Shown piece after piece: positions 1 to 10,014 of a stretch of DNA of 64,000 bases; positions within the stretch are counted from its first letter, which is position 1; every line of letters starts with the position of its first letter. The translations under genes were made by a program, and so were the position numbers. This stretch comes from an uncultured Candidatus Rokubacteria bacterium. GTDB lineage: Bacteria > Methylomirabilota > Methylomirabilia > Rokubacteriales > CSP1-6. The notes beneath the pieces are model-generated. The model searched no databases. It saw nothing but the letters and a program-made list of their open reading frames with translations, and was not told the DNA's origin. The stretch lies in assembly GCA_963747235.1 (NCBI GenBank), contig CAVVEU010000025.1, forward strand, positions 28,209 to 92,208, read 5' to 3'.

Positions 1-273
1 GATGCCGCGGATGTGCCCGCCCGCCACCCCCGCGATCACCGACTGGATCTCCACGCCCGCCATCTCCTCGGCCTCCGCGACGGCGTGCTTGATGGACTCG
101 ACGGTGGAGTCGATGTTCACCACCACGCCCTTGCGCAGCCCGCGCGACGGGCTCATCCCGACGCCGATGATGTCGAGATTGCCGATCGGTGACCAGTCGG
201 CGATGACGCAGCAGATCTTGGTCGTCCCCACGTCCAGTCCGGCGATGACCTGACGCACTCGGGATCTGGCCAT
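1..273 (-). CDS. ftsA: Cell division protein FtsA (N-terminal part, truncated by window edge)
   Basis: Manual translation from ATG at 273: MARSRVRQVIAGLDVGTTKICCVIA...SRGLRKGVVVNIDSTVESIKHAVAEAEEMAG, the FtsA N-terminal signature; directly downstream of ftsQ. Confidence 0.96.
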   Translation of the reverse strand, partial: MARSRVRQVIAGLDVGTTKICCVIADWSPIGNLDIIGVGMSPSRGLRKGVVVNIDSTVESIKHAVAEAEEMAGVEIQSVIAGVAGGHIRGI

Positions 274-281
274 TCCCCTCC

Positions 282-1070
282 TCACCTCGCCACGGTCTTG
301 AGAACCACCTGATCGCGGAAGCGCAGATCGATCGCGCTGACCGGCTCGCCTCCCGCGCGTACCTGCGCCAGCACGCCCTGCAGCCGGCCGAGCCGGGCCT
401 CCCAGTCCTCCGCGCCCAGGCGCACCTCGACGCCCTCCACCGTGTAGAGCACGGGGCCGTCCGGCCGGCTGACGTCGATCTCCGAGATCTGCCGCAGCAG
501 CGCGGTCTCGGAGCGCAGCAGCACCCGCAGCAGCGAGATCCCGGCGGCCACCCGCGGGGCCGGCGTGCCGTCGCCCGTCGCGAGATCGGCGGGGCTCAGC
601 CCGGTGATGACCGGCGCCTGCGGCACCACCGCGCGCGTCTCCGCGCCCAGGCTCACGCCCTGCTCGTCGATCCAGTGCAGCCGGCCCGCGTGGGCCAGCG
701 TGAAGGGCCGCCGCTCTTCCACCGCCACCGTGACCCGGTTGGGGAAGCGCCGCACCACGTCGGCGCGCCGCACGAGCGGCAGGCCTTCGAGGCGCGCCAC
801 CACCGCGCTCCGGTCGAGCCGGAAGAGATTGATGCCCGGGCCGATGCCGGAGGCGGCCACGATCTCCTCCGGGGTGAGCCGGCTCGCCCCCACCACCGCG
901 ACCTCGGTGATCGCGAAGCGCGGCGACGTGAGCAGCCAGCCGACCGCGACGCCCCCCGCGCCGAGCACCGCGAGCGACACCCCGATCGGCACGATGCGCG
1001 CGGCGATCCACCGCGCGCGCCGGCTCACCCGCCGCGCGAGCCGCACCCGCGACACGCGCTGCCGCGCCAT
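282..1070 (-). CDS. ftsQ: Cell division protein FtsQ/DivIB (POTRA)
   Basis: N-terminal TM helix, POTRA (VVRRFPNRVTVAVEERRP), C-terminal IDLRF; dcw position. True start may be further upstream (~1162) behind an indel. Confidence 0.92.
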   Translation of the reverse strand: MARQRVSRVRLARRVSRRARWIAARIVPIGVSLAVLGAGGVAVGWLLTSPRFAITEVAVVGASRLTPEEIVAASGIGPGINLFRLDRSAVVARLEGLPLVRRADVVRRFPNRVTVAVEERRPFTLAHAGRLHWIDEQGVSLGAETRAVVPQAPVITGLSPADLATGDGTPAPRVAAGISLLRVLLRSETALLRQISEIDVSRPDGPVLYTVEGVEVRLGAEDWEARLGRLQGVLAQVRAGGEPVSAIDLRFRDQVVLKTVAR

Positions 1071-1158
1071 GCGCCCGGCCCTGCTCGGCCAGATCCTCGA
1101 CCCGGCCTCGCCCGCCGCGCGGTGCGAGATCGGATTCGCACGGAGCTCAGTGTCGCTC

Positions 1159-2043
1159 TCAAATCTCCCCCATGGTCTTCATCTCGGGCTCGAGCGTGAT
1201 GCCGAAGTGGTTGCGCACCCGATCCAGCGTGAGCTGCATGAGCGCCTTGATGTCGGCGGACGCGGCGCCGCCGCGATTGACGATGAAGTTGGCGTGCTTG
1301 GCCGAGATCTCCGCGCCGTTCAGCCGCTTGCCCTTGAGGCCCACCTTCTCGATGAGCCGGGTCGCGGTCTCGCCCGGCGGGTTCTTCCACACGCACCCCA
1401 CCGAGGCCAGGGCCAGCGGCTGGGTGGACTTCTTCTGCTTGAGCCGCTGCTTGATGTCCTTCTGGATCTCCGCGAAGGGCCGCCGGTGAAGCTGCAGGCG
1501 GGCGCCGATCAGCACCGACCCGGCCGGCGCGGTGAACACGTCGTAGGTGAACGCACCGCCCGCCCCCGGCTTGAACTCCCCGAGGGTGCCGTCGGGGTAC
1601 AGGAAGTACACCGCGGAGATGAAGTCCGCGATGCCGCCGTCCGGGGTGCCCGCGTTCATGGCCACCGCGCCGCCCACCGTGGCGGGCACGCCGACCAGGC
1701 ACTCGATGCCGCCCAGGTTGAGCGCGGCCGCCTCGCGGATCAGCGCGGAGAGGCTCACCCCCGCGCCGGCCACCGCCTCCTCGCCGTTGAACTCGGCGCG
1801 GCCGAGGCAGCCCTCGAGCTTGAGCACGACGCCGCGCACTCCGCGGTCGCTCACGAGCAGGTTGTTGCCGCCGCCGATCACGTCGAGCGAGAGCTGCTCC
1901 CGCTCCGCGAACGACAGCGCGAGCCGGATGTCCTCCACGTCCTGCGGGACGATGAAGATGTCCGCGGGCCCTCCGATGCGCAAGGAGGTGTGAAAGCTGA
2001 GGGGTTCCTTGAACCGGACCTCGCCTCGAATCTCTCCCAGCAT
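1159..2043 (-). CDS. murB: UDP-N-acetylmuramate dehydrogenase MurB
   Basis: HTSLRIGGPA, IGGGNNLLV, VGGAVAMNAG, ISAKHANFIVN motifs. Confidence 0.96.
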   Translation of the reverse strand: MLGEIRGEVRFKEPLSFHTSLRIGGPADIFIVPQDVEDIRLALSFAEREQLSLDVIGGGNNLLVSDRGVRGVVLKLEGCLGRAEFNGEEAVAGAGVSLSALIREAAALNLGGIECLVGVPATVGGAVAMNAGTPDGGIADFISAVYFLYPDGTLGEFKPGAGGAFTYDVFTAPAGSVLIGARLQLHRRPFAEIQKDIKQRLKQKKSTQPLALASVGCVWKNPPGETATRLIEKVGLKGKRLNGAEISAKHANFIVNRGGAASADIKALMQLTLDRVRNHFGITLEPEMKTMGEI

Positions 2044-2045
2044 GT

Positions 2046-3448
2046 CTATCTCCTCTTGGACGTCGTCCCGGGGTCCGGACCGAGGCGCTCGAGCAGTTCC
2101 CCGCCCAGCCGCCCCACGTCGCCCGCCCCGAGAGTGAGCACGAGATCACCCGCTCTGGTGGATTCGTACAGGTAGTCGACGATGGCCGCGCGGTCGCCGC
2201 CCAGGTAGAGCACCTCCCGGTGCCCGTGGGCCGCGATGCCGTCGGCAAGATCGCGCGCGTGGACGCCGGAAATCGGCGCCTCGCCCGCCGCATAGATGTC
2301 CATGACGATGAGGACGTCGGACTGGTAGAACGCGGTCAGGAAGTCGTTCCACAGATGCTGCGTCCGCGAATAGCGGTGCGGCTGGAACACCGTGATCACA
2401 CGACGGTCGAACCCCGCCTTGGCGGCGGCGAGGGTCGCCCGGATCTCGGCCGGGTGATGGCCGTAGTCGTCCACCACGAGCACGCCCTGGGCCTCACCCT
2501 TGATCTGGAACCGGCGCTGGACGCCCGCGAAGGAGGCGAGCGCGGTCTGGATCTTGTCGAACGGCATCTCGAGATCGAGGCCCACCGCGGCGGCGGCGAG
2601 CGCGTTCAGCACGTTGTGCCGTCCCGGGCACCTGCAGGATCACCGGCCCGAGCGACTTGCCGCGATGCACCGCCTCGAACTCCGACCGCATCCCGGCGAA
2701 CGAGAGCCGCCGGGCCATCAGGTCGGCGCCCGCCTCGAGGCCGTAGGTCACCACGCGCTTCTCGATCCTCGGGATCATCCGCTGGATGTTGGGATCGTCG
2801 AGGCAGACCACCGCCGCGCCGTAGAACGGCACCTTGTTCACGAAGGTGAGGAACGCGCTCACGATCGCGTCGAGGTCGGCGTAGTGGTCCAGGTGCTCCG
2901 CGTCCACCGTGGTCACCACCGCGATGGTCGGCGAGAGCTTGAGGAACGAGCCGTCGGACTCGTCGGCCTCGGCGACCAGGAACTCGCCCTGGCCGAGCCG
3001 CGCGTTGGCGCCGAGCCCGTGCACGCGCCCGCCCACCACCACGGTGGGATCGAAGCCGCCCGCGCCCAGCACCGCCGCCACCATCGAGGTGGTCGTGGTC
3101 TTGCCGTGGGTGCCCGCGATCGCGATGCCGTACTTGAGCCGCATGAGCTCGGCGAGCATCTCGGCCCGTCCGATCACCGGAATGCCGCGCTGACGCGCGG
3201 CCGCTACTTCCACGTTGTCGCGCGCCACCGCCGAGGAGTAGACGACGACGTGCGCGCCTTCGACGTGGCGCGGCCTCGTGGCCGAGATACACCTTGGCCC
3301 CCAGCCGCTCGAGCCGCTCCACCGTGTCGCTCCGCCGCGCGTCGGAGCCGGTCACGCGGTAGCCGAGCGTGAGCAGCACCTCCGCGATGCCGCTCATGCC
3401 GACGCCGCCGATGCCCACGAAGTGGATGTGCTGGTACTTCTTGAACAT
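2046..3448 (-). CDS. murC: UDP-N-acetylmuramate--L-alanine ligase MurC (two apparent frameshifts, ~3270 and ~2625)
   Basis: [22 protein letters not shown] start at 3448; [33 protein letters not shown] spread over three frames. Confidence 0.94.
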
Positions 3449-4548
3449 CAGGCGGTTCTCCCATGCTGGGAGATGTTGAGGAGCACGCCCGCCGAGAACA
3501 GCGTCATCACGAGCGCCGAGCCCCCGAAGGAGATGAACGGCAGCGGCAGGCCCTTGGTCGGCAGCGCGCCCGTCACCACGCCCAGGTTCACGAGGGTCTG
3601 GGTCGCGAGCATGATGGTGAGCCCGAGCCCCAGGTAGGCGCCGAAGGCGTCGGGGGCGCGCAGGCCGACCCGCAGGCCGCGCCAGATCAGGAGCGCGAAG
3701 AGCGCGACGATCGCGGTGGCGCCCACCAGCCCCAGCTCCTCGCCGATGATCGCGAAGATGAAGTCGGTGTAGGGCTCCGGCAGGTAGAAGAGCTTCTGCT
3801 TGGAGTCGCCGAGCCCCACCCCGAGCCAGCCGCCCGAGCCCAGGGCCAGGAACGACTGGATGATCTGGAACCCGCTGCCCTGCGGATCGTCCCACGGGTT
3901 CATGAACGCGACCATGCGGCGCCACCGGTAGGGCTTCATCGCGATGGCCGCGATCACCACCGGCAGCGCGCAGCCCGCGATCGCGGCCATGTGCTGCACG
4001 CGGGCGCCCGCCATGTAGGCCAGCGCGAGCGTCAGGATGATGAGGGCCAGGCTATTGCCCAGATCCGGCTGCAGCAGGGTGAGCGCGGCCATGCCGCCCG
4101 CCACCAGGAGGATCGGGAGCAGGCCCTCGGTGAAGCGCGCGATGACCTCCTGCCGCCGGGTGAGGAACGAGGCCAGGTAGAGCACGAGCGAGAACTTGGC
4201 CAGCTCCACCGGCTGGAAGGAGACCGGCCCCACGTGGAACCAGCGCCGCGTGCCGTTGATGGACTGGCCGAACGGCGGCACCAGCACCAGCACGAGCAGA
4301 GCGAACGAGAGGACGAGCAGCGGGATCACGAGCCGCTCGAGCCAGCGGTAGTCGAGCAGCATCCCGGCCCAGAGGCAGCCGAGCCCGAGCACCGCCCAGA
4401 AGAGCTGCTTCTTGAGGAAGAAGAACGGATCGTGGAAGCGGTCCGCGGCCACGATCGCGCTCGCGGAGTAGACCATGACCACGCCCACGCACACGAGGGT
4501 CACCACCACCCCGAAGAGCGGCAGGTCGGGCGTGAGCTTGCGGGGCAT
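3448..4548 (-). CDS. ftsW: SEDS peptidoglycan glycosyltransferase FtsW
   Basis: MPRKLTPD start; [47 protein letters not shown]. Confidence 0.96.
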   Translation of the reverse strand: MPRKLTPDLPLFGVVVTLVCVGVVMVYSASAIVAADRFHDPFFFLKKQLFWAVLGLGCLWAGMLLDYRWLERLVIPLLVLSFALLVLVLVPPFGQSINGTRRWFHVGPVSFQPVELAKFSLVLYLASFLTRRQEVIARFTEGLLPILLVAGGMAALTLLQPDLGNSLALIILTLALAYMAGARVQHMAAIAGCALPVVIAAIAMKPYRWRRMVAFMNPWDDPQGSGFQIIQSFLALGSGGWLGVGLGDSKQKLFYLPEPYTDFIFAIIGEELGLVGATAIVALFALLIWRGLRVGLRAPDAFGAYLGLGLTIMLATQTLVNLGVVTGALPTKGLPLPFISFGGSALVMTLFSAGVLLNISQHGRTA

Positions 4549-6000
4549 CAGCCGAGCAGCGCCCGCACCACGGACTTGAAGACGTCGCCGCGGTGCTCGA
4601 AGTTGCGGAACATGTCGAACGACGCGCACGCGGGCGAGAGCAGCACCACGTCGCCCACCTGGGCCGCCTCGCGCGCGCGGCGGACCGCGTCGTCCATGGA
4701 CTCCGCGTCCTCCGCGGGAATCCCGGCGGGCTCGAGCGCGGCGCGGATCCGGACGCGGTCCTGGCCGATGAGGATCGCGCGGCGCACCCGGCCGCGGGCC
4801 GCCTCCGCGAGCGGGCCGAAGTCCTGGCCCTTGCCCTTGCCGCCCGCGATCAGGATCACCGGCTCGGTGAAGCTCTCGAGCGCCTTGATCGTCGAGTCCA
4901 CGTTGGTGCCCTTGGAGTCGTTGTAGTAGACGACCCCGCGGTCGTCGTGCACCCGCTCGATGCGGTGGGGCACCCCGCGGAAGGCCGCGATGCCGCGCCG
5001 GATCGAGGACGGCGACATGCCGGTCCAGAGCGCGCACGCGGTGGCCGCGAGCACGTTCTCCACGTTGTGCTGGCCGCGCAGCGTGATCTCGGTGACCGGG
5101 CAGATGCGCTCGGTGCTGCCGTTGAGCTTGGCCACGATCCAGCCGTCGTAGATGAAGACGCCGTGGCTATTGGTCAGGGTGGTGAGCCGGCTGAACCAGA
5201 TCACCCGCCCGCGCGCGCGGCTCCCGAGCCCGGCGGTGACCGGGTCGTCCGCGTTCAGCACCACGCAGTCGGTGGGCGGTCTGGTTGGCGAAGATCCGCG
5301 CCTTGGCGTCCACGTAGCGCTCGAAGGTCCCGTGCCGGTCCAGGTGGTCGGGCGTGATGTTCAGGATCGCGGCGACGCGCGGGCGGAAGCGGTCGACCGC
5401 GTCGAGCTGAAAGCTCGACACCTCCGCTATGACGATGCCGTCGCCCGGGAACTCGAGCGCGTGCTCGGCGAGGGGCGTCCCGATGTTGCCGCCCACCAGC
5501 ACCGGGCGCACCTGGGTGCGCAGCAGCTCGCCGGTCAGCGCGGTGGTCGTGGTCTTGCCGTTGGTGCCGGTGATCGCGATGACGTCGGCCTCCATCACCC
5601 GCCACGCCAGCTCGAGCTCGCCGATGATGGGCACCCCGCGGGCGCGCATCGCGACGAGCGCGGGCAGCTCGAGCGGCACCCCCGGGCTCACCACCACCAG
5701 CTCCGCCCCGAGAAACGCGGCGTCGGGATGGCCGCCCGTCCAGAGCGCGCACCCGAGCTGCTCGAGCCCGCGGGCGTCCAGGGGCAGCGCCTCGAGCGGG
5801 CTCGAGTCGGAGGCGAGCACGCGGCCGCCGAGGCGGCGGATCAGCCGGGCCGCCGCCACCCCGCTCTTGGCCAGCCCCACCACCGAGACGGTCTTCTCGG
5901 CAAGCGACCGCCGGTAGATTGCGCCCCGCTCGCCGTTACCGCTCACGAAGATTCCAGTGGGATACGGAACGTCCCGTCGCAACGTGATCGTGATGGCCAT
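4548..6000 (-). CDS. murD: UDP-MurNAc-L-Ala--D-glutamate ligase MurD (frameshift ~5275)
   Basis: VVGLAKSG, TGTNGKTTT, EVSSFQL, DHLDRH, YNDSKGTN, LLSPACASFD; start codon uncertain. Confidence 0.94.
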
Positions 6001-6011
6001 TGCATGTCACC

Positions 6012-7095
6012 CTAGCGGAGCTTGAGGGTGGTGAGCGCCAGCAACGCGAGCATGAACGACAGGATCCAGAAGCGGACGATGATCTTGGGCTCCGCCCAGC
6101 CCTTGATCTCGTAGTGATGGTGTAACGGCGCCATCTTGAAGACCCGCTTCCCGGTCAGCTTGAACGAGCCCACCTGGATGATGACCGACGCCGCCTCCAC
6201 CACGTAGATGCCGCCGATGAGCGGCAGCAGGAGCTCCGACTTGGTGAGCACCGCGAGCGTCCCGATGGCCCCGCCCAGCGCCAGCGAGCCCACGTCGCCC
6301 ATGAACACCTGCGCCGGGTAGCTGTTGAACCAGAGGAAGCCGAGCGCCGCGCCCACCAGGGCGCCGCAGAAGATCGTCAGCTCGCCGGTGCCCTTGACGT
6401 TGAGGATGCGCAGGTACTCGGCGGCCCGGAAGTTGCCGGTGAGGTACGCGATCACCGCGAAGGCCCCGCCCGCGGTCACGATCGGGCCGATGGCGAGGCC
6501 GTCGAGCCCGTCGGTCAGGTTCACCGCGTTGGAGGCCCCCACGATCACCAGGATCGCGAAGGGGATCCACAGCCAGCCGAACGTGAGGAGCCAGCCCTTG
6601 AAGAACGGGATCACGACGCTGGTGGTGAAGCCGTCGGCCGGCCACCAGTAGAGAAATCGCCATCAGGGCCCCCACCAGCACGATCTGGGCGCCGAACTTC
6701 TCCTTCGCCGAGATGCCCCGCCGGGTCTTGAGCTTCTTCCAGTCGTCCTTCAGCCCGATCAGGCCCAGGCCCACGGTGGCCAGCATCAGCACCCACATGT
6801 AGCGGTTGCGCAGGTTGGCCCACAGGAGCGTCGACACCAGGATCGCCACCAGGATCCCGATGCCGCCCATGGTGGGCGTGCCCGCCTTGGTCTTCTGGTG
6901 CCGCTCCGGCGTGTCCTCGCGGACCGAGCTCTCCCCGTGCTGCATCTGGCGCAGCCGGTTGATCAGCCACGGCCCCAGCAGGAAGGAGATCACCAGGGCG
7001 GTGACCGTCGCCATCGCGGTCCGGAAGGTGATGTACCGGAACACGTTGAACGCGGTGTTGTACTTCGCGAGCGGCACGAGGAGCTCGTAGAGCAC
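6012..7095 (-). CDS. mraY: Phospho-MurNAc-pentapeptide transferase MraY (frameshift ~6645)
   Basis: [51 protein letters not shown]; GTG start overlaps murF stop. Confidence 0.95.
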
Positions 7096-8486
7096 TAGCC
7101 ACTCACTCCTCCGAAGCGCGCCACGAGCGCGTCCACGACGCGCTCCATGCGCATGCCCCGGGAACCCTTGACGAGCACCGCGTCGCCGGGCGCGAGCCGC
7201 TTGAGCAGCAGCGCCACCGTATCCTCGAACGTGGTCACGTGATGGCTCTCCGCGAGCCCGGCCTGCCGCGCCGCCTCCACCGCGGTCTGCGCCCAGCGCC
7301 CCATCCCGACGAACTCGGCCGCGCCCGACGCGGCGACCGCGCGGCCCATGTCGCGATGCGCGGCCTCGCTGATCTCGCCCAGCTCGAGCATGTCGCCCAG
7401 CACCACCACCCGCCGCCGCGCGTCGGTGGCGGCGCCCAGCGTGGCCAGCGCCGCGCTCACCGAGCTCGGGTTGGCGTTGTAGGTGTCGTCGAGGATGCGC
7501 AGCGCCCCCGCGCGCCGCCAGACGCAGCGGCCCTTGGCCGGGCGCGCGGCCTCGAGCCCGCGGGCGACCTGCTCGAGGGTGAGGCCCAGCGCGAGGCCGA
7601 TCCCGGCCGCGGCGAGCGCGTTGATCACGTTGTGCCGCCCCGCGAAGTGCAGCCGCACCGGCCGCTTGGCGGTGCCGGCGCCGAGCGTGAAGCGCAGCCC
7701 GTCGCCGTCGTCCGCGGCCGGCCCCACCGCGAAGACGTCGGCCCCGGGACGCGTGCCGAAGTAGAGCACCCGCGCCCGGCTCTGCGTGTGCATGGCGAGC
7801 ACCCGCGGGTCGTCGGCGTTGAGCACGACCGCGCCGTCGGGCGGGATCGCGCGCACCAGCGCGCTCTTCTCCTCGGCCACGCCGTCGAGCGAGCCGAAGA
7901 ACTCCATGTGGGCGCTCGAGACCACCGTGACCGCGCCCACCGTGGGCCGGCAGATCGCGGCGAGCGAGGCGATCTCGCCCGGCGTGTTCGCCCCCAGCTC
8001 CAGCGCGAGCGCCTTGTGCTCCGGCCCCAGGCGCAGCAGCGTCAACGGCAATCCCCACTGATTGTTGAAGCTGCCCTCCGGCTTGAGCACCGGGCCGAGC
8101 GCGCCCAGGACCGCCGCCATCATCTCCTTGGTCGTGGTCTTGCCGTTGCTGCCCGTCACCGCGGCCACCGGCACCGTGAAGCGCGCCCGGTGATAGGCGG
8201 CCAGCCGTCCCAGCGCGCGCGTGGTGTCGTCCACCAGGATGGTGGGCACCGAGGGCGGCAGATCATCCGGCAGGTTGTGGACGACCAGGCACGCCGCGCC
8301 CCGCGCCGCCGCGTCGCGCAGGAAGCCGTGGCCGTCGCGGTTCGGGCCGCGGATGGCGAAGAAGGCCTCGCCGATGGCCAGGTGGCGGCTGTCGATGCTG
8401 ACGCCGGTGACGGGCACGCCGAGGTCGCCCGCCACGAGGGCGCCCTGGGTGCCGCGGACCACGTCCTCGATGCTCAGCCCCGCCAC
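7095..8486 (-). CDS. murF: UDP-MurNAc-tripeptide--D-Ala-D-Ala ligase MurF
   Basis: GTG at 8486 with GGGAGGG RBS; SIDSR, TGSNGKTTTKEM, DDTYNANP, LGDMLELG, LVKGSRG. Confidence 0.94.
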   Translation of the reverse strand: MAGLSIEDVVRGTQGALVAGDLGVPVTGVSIDSRHLAIGEAFFAIRGPNRDGHGFLRDAAARGAACLVVHNLPDDLPPSVPTILVDDTTRALGRLAAYHRARFTVPVAAVTGSNGKTTTKEMMAAVLGALGPVLKPEGSFNNQWGLPLTLLRLGPEHKALALELGANTPGEIASLAAICRPTVGAVTVVSSAHMEFFGSLDGVAEEKSALVRAIPPDGAVVLNADDPRVLAMHTQSRARVLYFGTRPGADVFAVGPAADDGDGLRFTLGAGTAKRPVRLHFAGRHNVINALAAAGIGLALGLTLEQVARGLEAARPAKGRCVWRRAGALRILDDTYNANPSSVSAALATLGAATDARRRVVVLGDMLELGEISEAAHRDMGRAVAASGAAEFVGMGRWAQTAVEAARQAGLAESHHVTTFEDTVALLLKRLAPGDAVLVKGSRGMRMERVVDALVARFGGVSG

Positions 8487-10010
8487 GCCTGCCCTCCCGC
8501 TCCCCCGCGCGCCCGCAGCGCGGTCCGCGCCACCTCGCGGTCGTCGAAGTCGTGCGACTCGGTGCCGATGATCTGGTAGGTCTCGTGCCCCTTCCCCGCG
8601 ATCACCACCACGTCGCCCTCGCGCCCCCAGGCGACCGCGGCCTCGATGGCGCGGCGGCGATCGGCCATGGACTCGTGCCGCCCCGCGGCCGCGGCCGGGA
8701 TGCCGGTCTCGATCTCGGCCAGGATCGCCTCGGGCCGCTCGGTGCGCGGGTTGTCGGAGGTCACCCAGGCGAAGTCGCCCAGGCGCGCCGCGATGCCGCC
8801 CATGATCGGGCGCTTGCCGCGGTCGCGGTCGCCGCCGCAGCCGAAGACCACGCCGAGGCGCCCGCCCGGACGCAGCAGCTTGCGCGCCGTCGTGAGCACG
8901 CGCTCCAGCGCGTCGGGCGTGTGCGCGTAGTCCACCACCACCAGGAAGGGCTGGCCGGCTTCCACGCGCTCGAACCGGCCGGGCACCGTCGCCACCCGGG
9001 AGAGCGTCTCGCCGATCCGTCGCGGCTCCATGTCCAGAGCGAGTCCGACGCCGATGGCCCCCAGGAGATTCATCACGTTGTGCTCGCCCACGAGGGGCGA
9101 GACGATCTCGATGGGCCCCTTGGACGACACGACCTCGAGGCGGATGCCGTCCATGCCGGATTCCCAGCGGCGCGGCCGCAGCTAGGGCCTGGCCGTGCAG
9201 GCCGAAGGTGATCGGCCGCACGCGCGGATCGGCGGCCGCCGCGGCCAGCATGGCCGCGCCCGCCGGATCGTCCGTGTTCACCACCGCGGCGCGATAGGGC
9301 TTGCGGCTTCCCGCCAGCAGGGTGAAGAGCCGGGCCTTGGCGTCGCGGTAGGCCTCGAGCGTGCGGTGGAAGTCGAGGTGGTCCTGGGTCAGGTTGGTGA
9401 AGACGGCCACGTCGAACTCGATCCCGTCCACGCGGGAGAGCGCCAGGGCGTGCGAGGAGACCTCCATCGCGGCGCCGCCGACGCCGACGCGCACCATGCG
9501 CGCCAGCAGCGACTGCAGCTCGAGGGCCTCGGGCGTGGTCTGGCTGGCCGTCTCGGCCTGGTCGCCGACGCGATACTGGATCGTGCCGATGACGCCGGTG
9601 GGCCGCCCGCCCGCGCCCAGCAGGGCCTCCACGAGCAGCGACGTGGTGGTCTTGCCGTTCGTGCCGGTGATGGCGACCACGGTGAGCCGCCGCGAGGGAT
9701 GGCCGTGGTAGGCATCCGCCAGCCGCGCGAGGGCCTCGCGCGACGACGGCACGATGATGCGTGGCGTCGCGCTGCCCGGCAGCGGGTCGGCGCCCTCCGC
9801 GACGACCACGGCCGCGCCCCGCCCGACCGCGTCGGCGGCGAAGCGCCGACCGTCCTGCTTGAAGCCGGAGATGGCCACGAAGAGCTCGCCCGGCGCGACT
9901 TTACGAGAATCGTACGCGACACCCGTCACGCGGCCGGGCAGGGTGCCCAGTACCGTCTTGTCCGGCAGCGCCTCGAGCAGCGTGGTGGTGGGCACGGCGG
10001 CGTCGCTCAT
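8474..10010 (-). CDS. murE: UDP-MurNAc-dipeptide--meso-DAP ligase MurE (frameshift ~9183)
   Basis: TGTNGKTT, MEVSSHAL, TNLTQDHLDFH, DYAHTPDAL, FGCGGDRD, DNPR (mDAP specificity), AGKGHE. Confidence 0.94.
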
Positions 10011-10014
10011 GTCC

